64,000 nucleotides of DNA from Octopus sinensis (taxonomy: Eukaryota): positions 53,568,001 to 53,632,000 of the forward strand of contig NC_043001.1 of NCBI RefSeq assembly GCF_006345805.1, written 5' to 3'. The notes under the pieces were generated by a model. It had not been told where the DNA came from, searched no databases, and worked only from the letters and a program-made list of their open reading frames with translations. Positions 1 through 13,955 of this stretch are shown piece by piece (the stretch's first letter is position 1; each line of letters opens with the position of its first letter). The position numbers were made by a program, and so were the translations under genes.

Positions 1-329
1 TGACCAAATTTAATCTTTAAGTAAGCCAAGTAGGATATTTTCACAATGTCCTTAACGTTCCTTCCTCGACTTGGTACAGTAAAATACCCACATATATAAC
101 AAAAAAGAGTGGGGGTAATTCAAACATTCAAATCATATAGCTGTGGATGGGGCCAATATTGGCCAGCCCATAGAAAAATCCTAGAGCAAAAACCTATTGC
201 ACTTTTTGAAACTCAAAGACCACAAATTACTCTAAAATAGGTGTCAACCTTAGGTCATCGGAAAGAAAGTTAGAATTTCTTGGCCAGTGTTATTAATAAT
301 CTTTTCTAATATAGGCTTGTAATTTTGGA

Positions 330-485
330 GGCGGAAGTAAGTCATTTACATCAATCTCATATTGCAACTGTTGCTTACTTCATCGATCCAAAGAGGATGA
401 AAGGCAAAGTTGGCCTCAGGAGAATTTAAACTCAGAACCTAAAGAAGGATGAAATGCCGCTAAGTACTTTGTCCATCCAGTTCGC
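330..485 (-). mobile_element. tRNA-derived SINE (family A), partial
   Basis: Reverse complement of the SINE body seen at 1496 and 4349 (aggatgaaaggcaaagtt...gaatttaaactcagaac...gccgctaag). Confidence 0.8.
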
Positions 486-934
486 CACCTTATATTCTGA
501 TTAATAATGTAACACATAGACCTGACATATACCAAAATCACCTTAGAAAACTCTAATGAAATTACACAAACTTTACAATATTCTTTCAATACTTTAAGGG
601 ATATGTAACATATTCTGACTAAAATGTTCCTCTCCATAGTAGGGAATATAGTTCCTATAAAGTACAACAAAATATAAAACCAATGCAATGTATATGGATG
701 ATTTGTTTAATACCTAAATTAAGTGAATAAGTAAATATTTAGTAAAATTATGAACAGAACTTTAAGACGCTGTTAATGTTTGTACATTTACAACGACTTA
801 TAATAAATAGACATATTGTATTTATTAAACGGAAGTTGATGAAAAGAGAGTTGAGCATGAAATTTCAATTTAAGAGTATTCCATCTATAATGAATTAATA
901 CATTTAACCTGCAAATAATAATTTCAAAATTTAG

Positions 935-1105
935 CTTCAGGCCAGAAATTACGGAGTAAATCGATTACATTGAACACAGTGCTCAGCTGGTAATTACGTA
1001 TTTTATGGACTCCACCGAAACGGTTGTAACTTATATTCGACCATGACAGAATTTGAAATCAGAGCGTAAAATTAGATGACATGCCACTAAGAATTTTCCC
1101 GGAGT
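935..1105 (-). mobile_element. degenerate SINE family A remnant
   Basis: tcgattacattgaacacagtgctcagctggtaatt...agaatttgaaatcagagcgtaaa resembles the reverse complement of family A. Confidence 0.5.
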
Positions 1106-1495
1106 GTTGACGATTTGGTTAGTTCATCTCATTACATTGAATCATTGATAATAAATAATGCTACGCATTTTAGTTTGATTGTTTTTATCTATTTCGACTG
1201 AGCCTGAGTTCTCTTGATATTACCCAGTCCTCTAGAGTTATACAACACCGTTTATCCTCCTGATATTTGGAATCACTTCTATGGCAACAGCTATTTTTTT
1301 ACATCATTTGAACGATTGTTTTGTGTCTCCAGTGTGGCTAAATATTTGTTTCCATAGAAACTATTGTGGTCGACATCCTAATCTTTCGTTCTTGAAAATA
1401 TATGATTTTTATTGATTTGTTTTGTTGTTTAGATTTGTTCTACTTTCTCCGAGAGGTAATTTCATCGATAATATTTACTGTTTTGTTTTGCTCAA

Positions 1496-1883
1496 GGCGG
1501 CGACCTGGCAGAAACGTTTGCACTTACGTTTTAAGTTCAAATCCCGCCGAGGTTGACTTTCCATATCATCCTTTCAGGGCCGATAAATTAAGTACCAATT
1601 ACACACTGGAGTCGATTTAATCGACTTAACTCCTTTGTCTGTCATTATTTGTTCCCTCTAAATTTAACCCCTTGTGGGCAGTAAAGAAATAAGAAACGTT
1701 TGCACGCCGGGCTAAATGCTTAGTGGTATTTCATCTCACTTTACTGACTGAGTTCAAATTCCGACAAGGTCGACTTTGCCTTTCATCCTTTCGAGGTCGA
1801 TAAGTTAAGTACCCGTTGCGCACTGGAGTCGATCTGATCGGTTGGCCCTCTCTCTCAAATGTTGTACCTAGAGTAGAAAAGAA
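1496..1883 (+). mobile_element. head-to-tail SINE family A dimer
   Basis: ggcggcgacctggcagaaacg head and B-box-like gttcaaatcc; the body occurs twice; the first monomer ends ...gtgggcagtaaagaaata. Confidence 0.85.
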
Positions 1884-2397
1884 TATTTATTGTTTTGCGA
1901 GCTCATTCACCATATGTGTTTCCGTTCATGTAAAACAGTTTCTTCATCGACGCTTATATTATGTGAATGATTCTGTAGTAACATTTTTCATCGTAGTGCG
2001 CATATTTTCTTAGTGTTGTAGATTGTTTTAAATATATTATCTGTCTGTGTCTAGACTGTTTTGTTTCATATTACGTTTCCTATAAACATGTGCACATACG
2101 CTAATCTTTGTAACGCATGTAAATTTTTGCCAAGCGTTCAGATTTTCAAATAGTACGAACCATGAAAATGTGCACAATGACGTTGTGTAATAACATGGGT
2201 GTCTAATACATCTTTTACAGTAAAAAATATTATTGTTAGATTAATAATACTCTCCAATTGTCTACTGATCTTGTGGTTCTATAAAGCTTTGTGATTTTAA
2301 AGGCACAATTCTATATTTTACTATATTCAGTGTTATTTCAGTTTATGTCAGTGGGATTTAATTCATGATGATTTGTATATTTCTTTATGATTGTTAT

Positions 2398-2428
2398 ATC
2401 TATATCTATCTATCTATCTATCTATCTT

Positions 2429-2481
<53 letters not shown>

Positions 2482-2483
2482 AT

Positions 2484-2519
<36 letters not shown>

Positions 2520-2547
2520 CTGAGAGAGAGAGAGAGAGAGAGAGAGA
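2398..2547. repeat. compound microsatellite (TATC)n-(TA)n-(GA)n
   Basis: Seen directly; representative of dozens of such tracts in the window. Confidence 0.95.
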
Positions 2548-3191
2548 TATGTAAATATGCATGTTTGTATGTCATATCAATATTTTTCTATGGTTTCTGG
2601 TTATTTGATCCTTCTAATTTTGTGAACACTACTCTCAGAAGGCAAGCTTTCCTCTAATTCTTTTAAAAGTGCATTTTGTTTGATGGAATTACGCCTAAGC
2701 CAAAATCTTCTTTTGTTATCATAAGTTTTTGAACATAATTCCTGAACACGAGAATATTGTTTGTTTTATTATTTGCACTATTAGTAAAGGTCTTTGTTCT
2801 TTTTGTATATACAATTCACTTTGTCTTGATATTTTTGGTTGCTCCTAATGTCAAATGCCAAATGTAAATGCTACTTGAATAAACTGGTGCACATATAATA
2901 TCTGATATCAGCAGAAGGTGACATATAATATTAGGGGAAAATCCATTCATCCAGGTCCATTGTTCTTTGGCATTTATTGTATTTGAACGCGGTGGCATAA
3001 AACAAAATCAAATATATCTTATTTGAACTGAAAAAAAAGGGTTGCAGCTAAATACTACATCGTATGTTTATACGCTATAAATATCGACCGTACATTTCGA
3101 ACATAATAGTTACAGGTAAATATGATCTAAATATTCTCTTACTATATGTGGGCATTGAGTATATAAACAAATGTATGTATGTATATACATA

Positions 3192-3267
<76 letters not shown>

Positions 3268-3669
3268 TATATACACTTATAGGTATGTATATATGTGTGT
3301 TGTATGTATGTATGGATGCATAGATGGATGCATGAATACAGGGATGGACTAACGGACGTATGCTTGCAAGATGCTAACAAATTTGTTAGATTTTACATTC
3401 GATTTGCTTTCTATTGAACAATTCCTGTTTCTGCATTCAGTTTGCTATTTATTCCCCACCTATCCTGATTATAGTTTGCAACATGACTACGAGAATACTC
3501 ATATCGCAAATGATTTGTTTATATTAAATCATGAATGATAATGTAGGTTAATTTAGTTTTTTAGGAATAGATATGTTTCCTATCACGCATTCAATGTCTT
3601 AGAACTTTCCACATTACATATTTTCCTCTAATCTACAGCATTTGGTGCTGAAGCAGGCCCTGGTGCTAG

Positions 3670-3675
3670 TTTATT
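3670..3675 (-). other. candidate polyadenylation signal AATAAA for the minus-strand gene
   Basis: tttatt on the + strand, about 60 nt downstream of the TAA at 3734-3736. Confidence 0.45.
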
Positions 3676-3733
3676 GCACTCTTTTTTTGTGTCACTTGCA
3701 GACCTTCTATTACAAGGGTTGTTTCCACTGTGT

Positions 3734-3932
3734 TTAGGCCAAACATTCATTCCTTCGATTTTTGATGTATGCATTCCTATCTCTTTCTTCGCCTGAAATG
3801 TTGTACTCCGCTAGGCATGAAATAGGAAAATCATAACAATCATCAGCTTTTGTGACATATTTTCGGCGGCAGGACCACATTACCGCTTTGTGTACTGATC
3901 CAATCCATAGTTGTACTACGCCATCTTTGTCT
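3734..3932 (-). CDS. candidate terminal coding exon of an unassigned Cys-containing protein (DKDGVVQLWIGSVHKAVMWSCRRKYVTKADDCYDFPISCLAEYNISGEERDRNAYIKNRRNECLA*)
   Basis: Acceptor ctttacag|A; phase-2 start; 65 open codons of non-repetitive, more GC-rich sequence ending in TAA; AATAAA downstream. Not in the ORF track (no upstream Met). Confidence 0.65.
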
Positions 3933-4348
3933 CTGTAAAGTTCTCAGGATTAAGCTTACGTCATTTGCTTAATGTATCGATTTTCTTTCTATCTCCTGAA
4001 ATGTTTAGGTATATATACTGGCCTGTTTTACGCTTACATTTATTCTGGCTTGAATAAAACGGAGCATTATATAAACACATATTTAACCAAATATTCCCCG
4101 TATCCACGAGTCCGTTGCGTCTCTTTTTCGGATGTTTTCACAAATCAATACGGCCTCTGGTGGGTTTGATGTTTTGCTACTACAACTTAACTCATTTACT
4201 GAATTTCCATTTATTTCCTACAATTTCGTTATGTATAATTTTCAGGTTAAATGTACTAATTCATTTTAGTTTGAACAATTTCATTACAGTTTTCCTAATG
4301 GGATTCTGGTATATGTCAGGTCTATATGTTACATTGTTGGTCCGATAT

Positions 4349-4707
4349 GGCGAGCTGGCAGAAACGTTACCACACTGGACAAAATGCTTTGAGGTATTTC
4401 GCCCGTCGCTACGTTCTGAGTTCAAATTCCGCCAAGGTCGACTTCGCCTTTCATCCTTTCGGGGTCGATTAAATAAGTACCAGTTACGCACTGGGGTCGA
4501 TGTAATCGACTTAATCCCTTTGCCTGTCCGTGTTTGTCCCCTCTATGTTTAGCTCCCCGAGCGAAATGTTTAGCGGTATTTCGTCTCTTTATGTTCTGAG
4601 TTCAAATTCCGCTGAGGTCGACTACGCCTTTCATCATTTCGGGGCCGATAAATTAACTACCAGTTGCGCACTGATGTCGATCTAATCGACTGGCCCCCTC
4701 CCCCAAA
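4349..4707 (+). mobile_element. head-to-tail SINE family A dimer
   Basis: ggcgagctggcagaaacg head; gagttcaaattccgcc twice; the second monomer ends ctggccccctcccccaaaa. Confidence 0.9.
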
Positions 4708-4758
4708 ATATATATACACAAACAAGTTTACGAGCGACTTCAACAGTGACACACACAC

Positions 4759-4846
4759 ACACCAATACACACTCGCGTACACAACAATACACACTCGCGT
4801 ACACACCAATACACATTCGCGTACACACTAATACACACTCGCGTAC
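4759..4846. repeat. 22-bp minisatellite, 4 copies (acaccaatacacactcgcgtac)
   Basis: Four adjacent units, at most one substitution each. Confidence 0.9.
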
Positions 4847-6234
4847 ACTGATAGAAAGCCTGCTCTATAGAAATACACGACTATATCTCTGACCGCCTTC
4901 CACATACGTGTTTTACTTATAGTCACTAGGTTATTCCATCCGTCGCATGACATGGGTGAGCCATTATTACTAATTCCCTACAACAATAAATAAATAAGTT
5001 CTCTAATTTCGTTTTCTATAAATATTGCTGCTTTAGTTCTTTGGCTACTTTTGATATTTTCCTTCTTGTTTTCTGTATCGGATCATCATCTTTAAACTTC
5101 TCATTTACAATGTTTGATTTTTCATGCTCAAAAACATTCTAAATTTCTATTAATACAGGTTCCAATTGATTCCCAATAGCAGTTCGTTCAACGTTGGGTA
5201 TATGTTATATTTTATTAAAAAATTATTATTGTTAGAATTAAAATTGTTCGTATAGCTTGAGGTTCTAAATATTCGCTAATTAGTAGTATCACTTCCATGA
5301 ACTGGGACTTACTATCAACAATTTGCCATAAAAACTTTATCATTTCATTTCCCCTGTTTAGCTTTTATCATTAAAAGTGTTTCTTGTCTATTTCTCAATT
5401 CAACTGTCTTACATAAAATAATTTGTTGATTTCTTAGTAGATAGATTTAATTATAGTTTCTTCATTTTTCTTTATATTCGTATTAGTTTACCTACATTTT
5501 TCATATGAATTTTATAGTCCTACCGTAATAAAATATAATATTACTTTATTGGAATACAGTCTAGATATTTCGCTTATCTTCATGTTGAAAACGGTTATAA
5601 TTTTCATCATCAAGAATCTGTTTGTTTCCTGCGAGAGTTTGCTCCGGTACCTGGTACAGCTTTGTGACACTGAGTAGCGTACAACAATGTTTATGAAAGC
5701 TGAGAGTAATTTTCCTTGATATCTCTGTCGGTACATTAATTTTTTGTTTAATAATTATGGACAATATATGAGTTTTCCTCAATAGCTATATGTTACCGAT
5801 CCTTGTCAGAAGGTTTACAGTTTATCTGTAGCTTTTCTATTAGAAGTCATTCTGCAAGTATGTTAATGATGTTAATTAAACGCAGAAGCAGCGAAGATAA
5901 ACAAATTCCTGAAAGAATATTTCTCAAGTAGAGTTTTAATCAACAATTGTTTATCTTGTAGTTTCTTTTCTATGTTTCAGGTTGTGAGAGGCATGCATAA
6001 TTTTAATATTCAAGAGCCTTCATTAAAATTGGCAGAATAATATCACGGTTTCTCCAGATGCACTTGTTGCCTAATTCACGTAACATTTGGTCACTTAACC
6101 GTTCTATACACATAGACACATATATACATGCATATTTATGTGTGTGAAGATACACACACGCATACATACACACACACTCATATATGGGTGTTTGTGTTTG
6201 TGTGTGTGTGTGGAAAAAACTATTATTTCTAAAT

Positions 6235-7470
6235 GTCTGAACGAGAAGCATTGAGTAATAGTACTCTAGAGTAAAGACTATTTGCCAACATAATGTGGAA
6301 TTTCTGGTTAGGATGAATGTTACTGCTGTTTAGCCCCTGGAAACATCGTCTCCAGATGAGTATCGACGCACTACTTGTGTATATTTTCAAGGGATCTAAA
6401 GCAATATCTGTGTACCAATGTTTTCTGGATTGTTCCCTTCATCAGCACAGAATAACTGCTCGGCTAGAGACGGTGACACAAAACTCTTGTTCGAAATATA
6501 TACTTTTCAAAGTGATACAATCTCTGATCTCATAAATAGAAAAATTATTATTTCTAAATCTCTGAACGAGAAACATTCAGTAAGAGTACGCCAGAGTAAA
6601 GATTATTTGCCACCATAATATGGCAGTCTTGGTTGGGACGAATGTTACTGTTATGTAGCCCTAGGAAACATTGTCTTGAGCTGGCTGTCGATGCACTATT
6701 TGTGTCCTTATATTTTCAAACAAGGGAGTTTAGTGTCCCCACTCAGCTCTAATAGAATATCTGCGTGCCAATGGTTTCTGGGTTATTTTGTGTTGTTGAA
6801 AGAAAATATTAGTGAATCAATGGTTTCTGAGTCATTTTGGCAGAAAGTAACTGTAGTGTCTATCAATATACAGGTGTTTCTCCTGCGTCACAATCCTTGT
6901 TTATTATGTCAAGGAGATTATCGATTAATATTTTATCAGTTTGAACAAGCATATCCCAGATGGTTGTGCCTTGGCACATGTTTATATCAGTTCTTGTCAG
7001 ATTTTATGTTATAGTGTTGGCATTGGATATAACTACTGATTGTACATCCTATATTTGGTGTTAATGCCAGTTTTCCTGATTTTCTTCTTACATTGGTTTT
7101 GTGGTCAGGCATTGGTCCTGAGCAGCATGAAACATTGTTGACTGTTACTTAGACTCAATTCTTTTTTATCATATTTGCACGATATTGGACATGGAACGAT
7201 TTTTCTTTCCATTTCTTCTTTAGTATGTATTGCAGTTCTGTTTTTATGTTTTTGTCTCTCTTTGTCCATTTCTGCTATGTTGTCATCTGAGATCAGTATA
7301 TCAGGGCAGTTTGTCTTTTCATCGCCTTTGGGTATAGAGAAAAGCGTCTTCTTTTCTCATGTTGCTTTATAACATATAGTTGTCTTCTACTGCTTACTTT
7401 TAAGTACTTTGCTAACCCTGCCGTTGTTACTTTATAACTGTTCTGTATCTGTGTCTGCTTGCGAGTTTCA
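6235..7470 (-). mobile_element. decayed R4/Dong-type (RLE) non-LTR retrotransposon with a duplicated 3' segment
   Basis: Minus-strand peptides YKVTTAGLAKYL and IWDMLVQTDK...IINKD resemble the R4/Dong post-RT and RLE regions; 6235-6425 and 6548-6780 are diverged copies of each other. Confidence 0.65.
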
Positions 7471-7479
7471 ATTGCACAA

Positions 7480-7797
7480 GATCTCCTTGATTGCGTCGAG
7501 AACGATGAAAACATTTTGGAAACTTTGCGTAGACCTCTGAATAAGTATCGCCAAACTTTTGGCAAAATTTAATGACGGTTCTCTGCTCAACTTACTCTGT
7601 CATGGTCAATGCAATGATCACACGCTACACACCATCCTTCCAAGCACTGCTGTAAACAGTGGAAGTGAACTGGAGCGTTAAAAGTTAGTACGCATGCACA
7701 GCAGAGTTCAAGGTCAACCTGTGCCAAGAGGCTTTACTCTGCGTGCTTTAGCTTCAATATCATAGCAACAGACCGGAAACTTATTGTTCAGACCACA
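7480..7797 (-). mobile_element. mariner transposon 5' fragment
   Basis: Minus strand: TIR-like tgtggtctgaacaataagtttccgg, then MTE*VEQRTVIKFCQKFGDT (mariner N-terminal EQR..IKFC motif). Confidence 0.7.
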
Positions 7798-7879
7798 TTT
7801 TAATAGTAGTACATACAATACAAAAATTTCATTATGCAATATATCCGAGACACCATCATATACATGCTCTCAAATTTTG

Positions 7880-8180
7880 GTACAAGGCCAGCAATTTCTG
7901 GGAAAATGACTAAGTCGATTATTTTGATCACACTATACAACTGCTGCTTAATTTATCGACCACGAACGGGTATATTAAGCATTTTGCTGAGCACTTTGTT
8001 AACGATTCTGCTAACTCGCCGGCACAAGGCTAGCAACTTCGTTGGTTACATTGAGCCTAACGCTCGACTAGGGATTATTTTTTGTCCCTTTAATGACGAA
8101 AGGCAAACGCGATCTTGGCGGAACGCATGAACTGAGAAAATGCCGCTAAGACTTTTAACTGGCGTGCTAACTATTGTAGC
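7880..8180 (-). mobile_element. degenerate SINE family A
   Basis: acaaggccagcaatttc...ttaatttatcgacc...gaaaggcaaa...gccgctaag. Confidence 0.6.
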
Positions 8181-8237
8181 CGTATGCAACCTTATTGCTT
8201 CCTTATATATTCATAATAGTACATATCTATCTATCTA

Positions 8238-8298
<61 letters not shown>

Positions 8299-11200
8299 AC
8301 GCATTAGATACCTTTAAATACCTGTAAAAATATCACAGTAGAAATATGTTTGTTTATATTTCATAAAAATGAATAGCGCTATGAATAACAGCAAAAAAAT
8401 CTTCCTAATATTTCTGTGTACTATTGATAACAAATATGTATTTATGTAATATTTCTGCAATAAGTTTTGAATCCATAACGTATCTTTCTTCTTGTGCATT
8501 CTCCTTCCGTCAGTGAAACTTGTAATTCATTGGGTAAGTATCGAATGAATTAACACCAATAGACAACACTTGTATGCTTATGAAAAGCTCATACGTACTA
8601 AGAAAATTATTCCATTATAAAATGCCAAACTATCATAGGTTACATTTATAATGTGCTTTTTATCCTGGGTTCTCTGTAGTACTAAATGTAAGAGAGAATT
8701 TAAAACCTTTCATTATAAATCTGTAATTTTGATGACCTGACTCTAAACTACAGCGACTAGTATATAATAACATGTACGCAAAATGCCCACATGGAGTCGT
8801 TTGTTCTCTTAGAAACAAAAGCTCAATGTCCCTAAACATCAAAAGCTGCTTTTATAAATATACATATTTGATACTGCAGTCAGATTGCCCTCAGCCCTCT
8901 TTTTCTCTTCTTCATTTTTTCATTTTATTAAACCCGCAGCTGTTTTCAGCAACCCGCTCGCTTTTCTTTGTGATTCTTATACACCAGCGTCCTTATGTTC
9001 GTACGGATTAGACCATGCGGTCAGAGATTATTGATCGGTTGGAGACAAAATACTGGCTGTAAAAGCCTGACTAGACAGGTGTCTCATATCTTTAGACTCT
9101 CTACATTAAATGATATACGCGCATGTATAATGCTCTGGATCTCCTAACTGCTTGTTGGGCGGTCTGTTTTTTGTTCTCTCTTATCACACATTTATTCATT
9201 TGTATCGCGCTTATAAACACTCCTTAGGTATTTATAATTAATGTATTCATATTAATCTCAAAACATGAAATACATTTATACATACGATATATGAATATAT
9301 ATATATATATATACATACCTATATATATATAGGTATGTATACCTATATATATATAGGTACGATATATGAATATATATATATATATATATACATACCTATA
9401 TATATATAGGTATGTATGTATGCATGAGTATGTGCATGTGTATATTGATATATAAATTGGTTGCAAATAGGAACGGACCTAAATGGCAGAAGTACATACT
9501 TCAATATATTAATATCTGTTTTATTATACAATGCAATGCAAATATGCATTTATCAAACTGAAATCCTTAAACACATTCGCAGTAACAACAATATTGGTCG
9601 GAAGGAGTGGCTAAATGTTAAAATCGGATCGGTGGCTAGTTGCTCAAAACTAAATTTTCAGCCGTACTGTCCTTGCCACTGTCTCTTAGGCAAAGAATAT
9701 AATAGCGCTATACAACTTCCATATGAATCTGACATACAAGTGTAGGGAAATGATTCGTCAGATAATGTCAGTTTTCACTTTCTTGTAAAGCCAATATACA
9801 AATATTCATCACATACTTGACGAGTAATTTCCGGTTCATCCGAAGTCCTTTTCCCACTTGCCTCATTCAATTTCCCATTCTCTCCTACTTTTATTGCTTC
9901 AGTTTCGACAAGAATTTATATTTTAATTATGTTTAAATCATCCTTTTCAAGTTGTGTTTATAATAGCATACTTGTAGCTGAGCTGTTGTCGAACAATTTC
10001 GTTTGGCCCTTTCCCACTATATTATGAGTGTAAACATTCATATCTCACGAAGGCATTTCTGAATTATTGCCGAAAATTGGAGCATGAAAATCATTACGTA
10101 TGATTCTTTATAACTTTTTTTCTGTACATTCCCTTAAATTAACAGCCTGATATATGATATTGTAATAATATAAGTACTGTCATATAAATAGTTAGATATC
10201 TAAGCGTTTTGCTTTTAGAAATTAGTGTTAATTCTATTAAATAAAGTTTGAATGTATGTATAGAAATACTATTTAATATATACGTATAAGTGGAAGAGAC
10301 ATGCCAACCAAAGAATGTGAGTTCACAATTCAGTTTTACATATCCTCTCTTTCTCTTTCCTTCCCTATGTTTTCTCATTCTCTCTCTCTCCTTCTCTTTG
10401 CCTTCCACCTTCGTGACATGCATTTGCCTACAGGTTTGAAGTACATCAATTTTTCCCACGTTTTTCGTCTGATTAACTGAACTAATGTTCTTTAATTTTC
10501 AGGATATGACGGATTAATTTTTTTTAACATCAAATAAGGTGCCTAATAAATACAGTCAGTAATAGCAGTTCCAAATTTCTTTTCATAATGAATTTGAATT
10601 GCAATACTTAGCAATGAAAAGTTGAAATTACATTGTGTGATGATTACTTATTTATATTATCTCACATTTAACTTGCTCAACTACAATGGATCATCAGGGA
10701 AAAGTTTATTGCATTCATTTACAGACAATTGACTGTTAAGAAACAGACTGCATTATGATAATCTACATGGGGCTCTAGATAAAACAGTCGCAGGCTTATA
10801 CACAATCCCTACGACCCCACACACCCACACACACACATATATGTATATATGTATGTAACTATATATGCGTGTGTGAGTGCGCGCGTATGTGTGTGGGTGT
10901 GTGTGTGTCAGTGTATACGCATATGTAGGTAGGTAGTTATGCATGTATGGTTGCTTGTGTGTATTGGTATGTATGTATATGTAAAAAGAAGGAACCAAGA
11001 TCAGTAACGTCTATTTGAGCGTAAGCTGTAGAACAAACGTCTACAAAACTCGAAAGTATTTTATTGACGAGGAAAATAATTTGTTTCACTTCAAATTCCA
11101 TATTAAATATTTTGAACAAGACACTTTTAAAAATTTAATTTATCATACAGTAATCACATTTGCTCTGGTGTTTTCATTCTACTTTGTATTGCATCTCAAC

Positions 11201-13288
11201 TACAGCCATTATCAACCGATGTTTACTGTACATCTGATTAATTATTAAAAGAGTTTTAGAATATATAATTCTGTTCGAAGCTCAATCTTACAGCTGCAGT
11301 CTACAATTTCTTACATACCACCTTTTTATGAACAGTAAGAGCGATAGATACACTGATTCAACGTCAATTAAGTGATTTTTCCGTCTTTGATATTCATGCA
11401 TTAATGTTATATTATCTTAATGGTATATTAAATCTCACAAGAATTTTGAAAACAAATACAAAACTCTACTAAATTGTCATATTTATGAGAGTGTAAAAAA
11501 ACCTTCTAAAATGTATTCTTGTTTTGAAATTTTGTTAGAAATGTTTTACTTCCTTTTTACAATTGAAAATTTTCTTTCATTTTAATATCAGTGTGACTAT
11601 GGCATCCATATATTCATTAAATTTTGTTTTACACTGTGATATATGTTTAGTTGTTTATACTTAAATATACAATCGAAGTTGTCGTTTTTACACCCAGTAC
11701 ACTTTTAACTAAAATCAACCATGAAATTTAAAATATGATCAAATTTCAAAGTAGAAATTTGTATAGGGTGTGCATTGAGACCGTAAAGATGCTGAGCATG
11801 AAAGCCAGGTCAAATATAAGACACGTAAAACATAATTGTGACAAAAGTTTCCAAGTCAAATTATTATGTGGAATAATTGGAAGAGGTTTCCTGGAAGTGC
11901 AAGGGCTTAATTGAGTTTACTTGTGTCATTTAGGATAACACTTTCATATAACATTCAATCCATTATTATATATGCTATCACAAATACCATAATATATGTA
12001 TACCATCAGAAACACGATACTATAATATGCACCATAAGTGACGACAATATATGACGTTAAATGTGTACTTAATGAAAATCAGCTATTGCTATTGAGTATA
12101 GATCAGAAATACTGTGCAATTTTCTAATTTGGCAATATCTAGGTTTTTAATCAGTTTACGCATTGGCATATCTTATAGCTACCGTATTATTTAGGTTATA
12201 TGCGCTAATATTTCAAAGAATATTATTTGATTTAGTTTCTCAGAAGACTCTTGCATTACATGGATAAAATACTTGAGATTAATATATTAAATGTTCTCGC
12301 TTGCAAGACCATGTTATTCAACCGTATTCTTCTAAAATTTATCAGTACTGTAAATAAATATAGATGATAGAAGAATATAATTTTTATGCGCTCAATGATA
12401 AAGAAAACTATAGAAAATATAGCACAATTCAAATACTAGAAAGGAGTATACAAAGTGTAACTAATGACAAGAAATATAAGTAAATATCATCAGAGAGAGT
12501 TGTGTACGTAGTTGTTGCATCAGAAAACATCAAATTATAGCATGATATTTGTCAGTGATGTTCTTATGGGAATGCCTATAATGTTAATAATTTAGTGACA
12601 TTTTCTTGAATACCGTTAAAGGTTATCATGCAGATTTATATAAATATGAAAATGCTAAAAGATCTGGGATTGCTGATCCGGATAGCATTTGAAATTCTAG
12701 TTTCATAATTGCTGAGTTTGTTTTAGAAATTTTAGCTTGGAACTTCAGTTGGTTGACAGCTCTGCAAATCTTTCTTGCATTTTTAATAAATGCTTTCATG
12801 TCACTAACATGAAAGAAATTTGTACCGATTCTCATTTATAACTGTCGATGTATAATAGAATATATATACCATAGTTATTCCAATATAAATGTAGCATTTT
12901 AATGCAACTCTCTGGAAGTAAGCCTACTACATATATTTCTACATGATGAATTGAAAAATTACAGCTATAAGTTCACATTCCGTTAATTCTATTTAGAAAA
13001 GATAACACATTCTGTTAGAGCGTTACATCTAAGGAACATCTAGTAAATTGTTTTATTTTAATCATAGTATGCATATTTGGTGCATAAGTATGCTACGAAC
13101 TTGTTGAGATTGAATAGTTATCTATATCTGCGAAAATGCCACGCTACTTAATAGTGTTCTTCTATTAGGGTACGCTCTTTCAAAACTTTTGACGGCAAAA
13201 GGGTCAATCATGGAAGTGAAAAATGTCGAATGTCTCAAAAGTGATTGTTGCGGAAGTTAATATAAATTTGCTCATAATTATCTTCTGC

Positions 13289-13382
13289 TCATCTGCGTAA
13301 CGGACAGCAATTCCAAGAATTATTACTAATGTGGTGTCTTTCATAACCGCAATAATTCCGAAAGTAACGACTCCTGTCCTCT
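13289..13382 (-). CDS. candidate alternative terminal exon (EDRSRYFRNYCGYERHHISNNSWNCCPLRR* in the phase-2 reading)
   Basis: Good acceptor ttaaccacttgtttcctcag|A; the phase-2 frame is compatible with exon 22062-22107; unique sequence. No homology recognised. Confidence 0.35.
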
Positions 13383-13955
13383 CTGAGGAAACAAGTGGTT
13401 AACTTATATGGATATCAGTATCGCCTATCTCATTACCAAAATCCTCAAATGACTACATTTTGTTATATTTAACATTATATTAAATAAGTGCAACATGGCA
13501 AAGAAACATTCTCTGGCGAGACCAAATATGAGAGAGAGAGAGAGAAAAGAGAGTGTGTGAGAGAGAGAGGGGGAAGAGAGAGAGAGAGCAATCTGCACAC
13601 ATTGAGAGCAGCCCGACAGCGATGGATAAGTATCACACCACTGGGAGGAATTGGAGCAATTACTATGTGAGCGCATTTATCTGTGAAAAAGCTCTGGTTG
13701 ACGAAGAAGGCACCATTTTGAATTAGGTCTGATTTTGGGTTGCGGAGTAGTCAAGAGATAGAAGCGATATCCACCTTTGTGATTATATATTAGACATTAT
13801 CTCGGCCGTGCTGAATGACCAAACGCAAGGGATATTGAGACCATCGTAAATTTAGACAGGTCCCAAAACCTCGAACGCATGGCCTATATATGGTTTGGAT
13901 GTGTAATAAAAAACCTGCTGTAGCTGAAGATGGAATAATATAGAAGATGTGATAA

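Noticed and set aside
1496-1570. B-box-like GTTCAAATCC motifs as tRNA genes (also in other SINE heads)
   Set aside because: No cloverleaf; they continue into SINE bodies.
12626-12835. 69-aa minus-strand ORF behind an acceptor-like site
   Set aside because: No usable donor, and no phase link to neighbouring exons except a 16-nt micro-exon; no recognisable domain.
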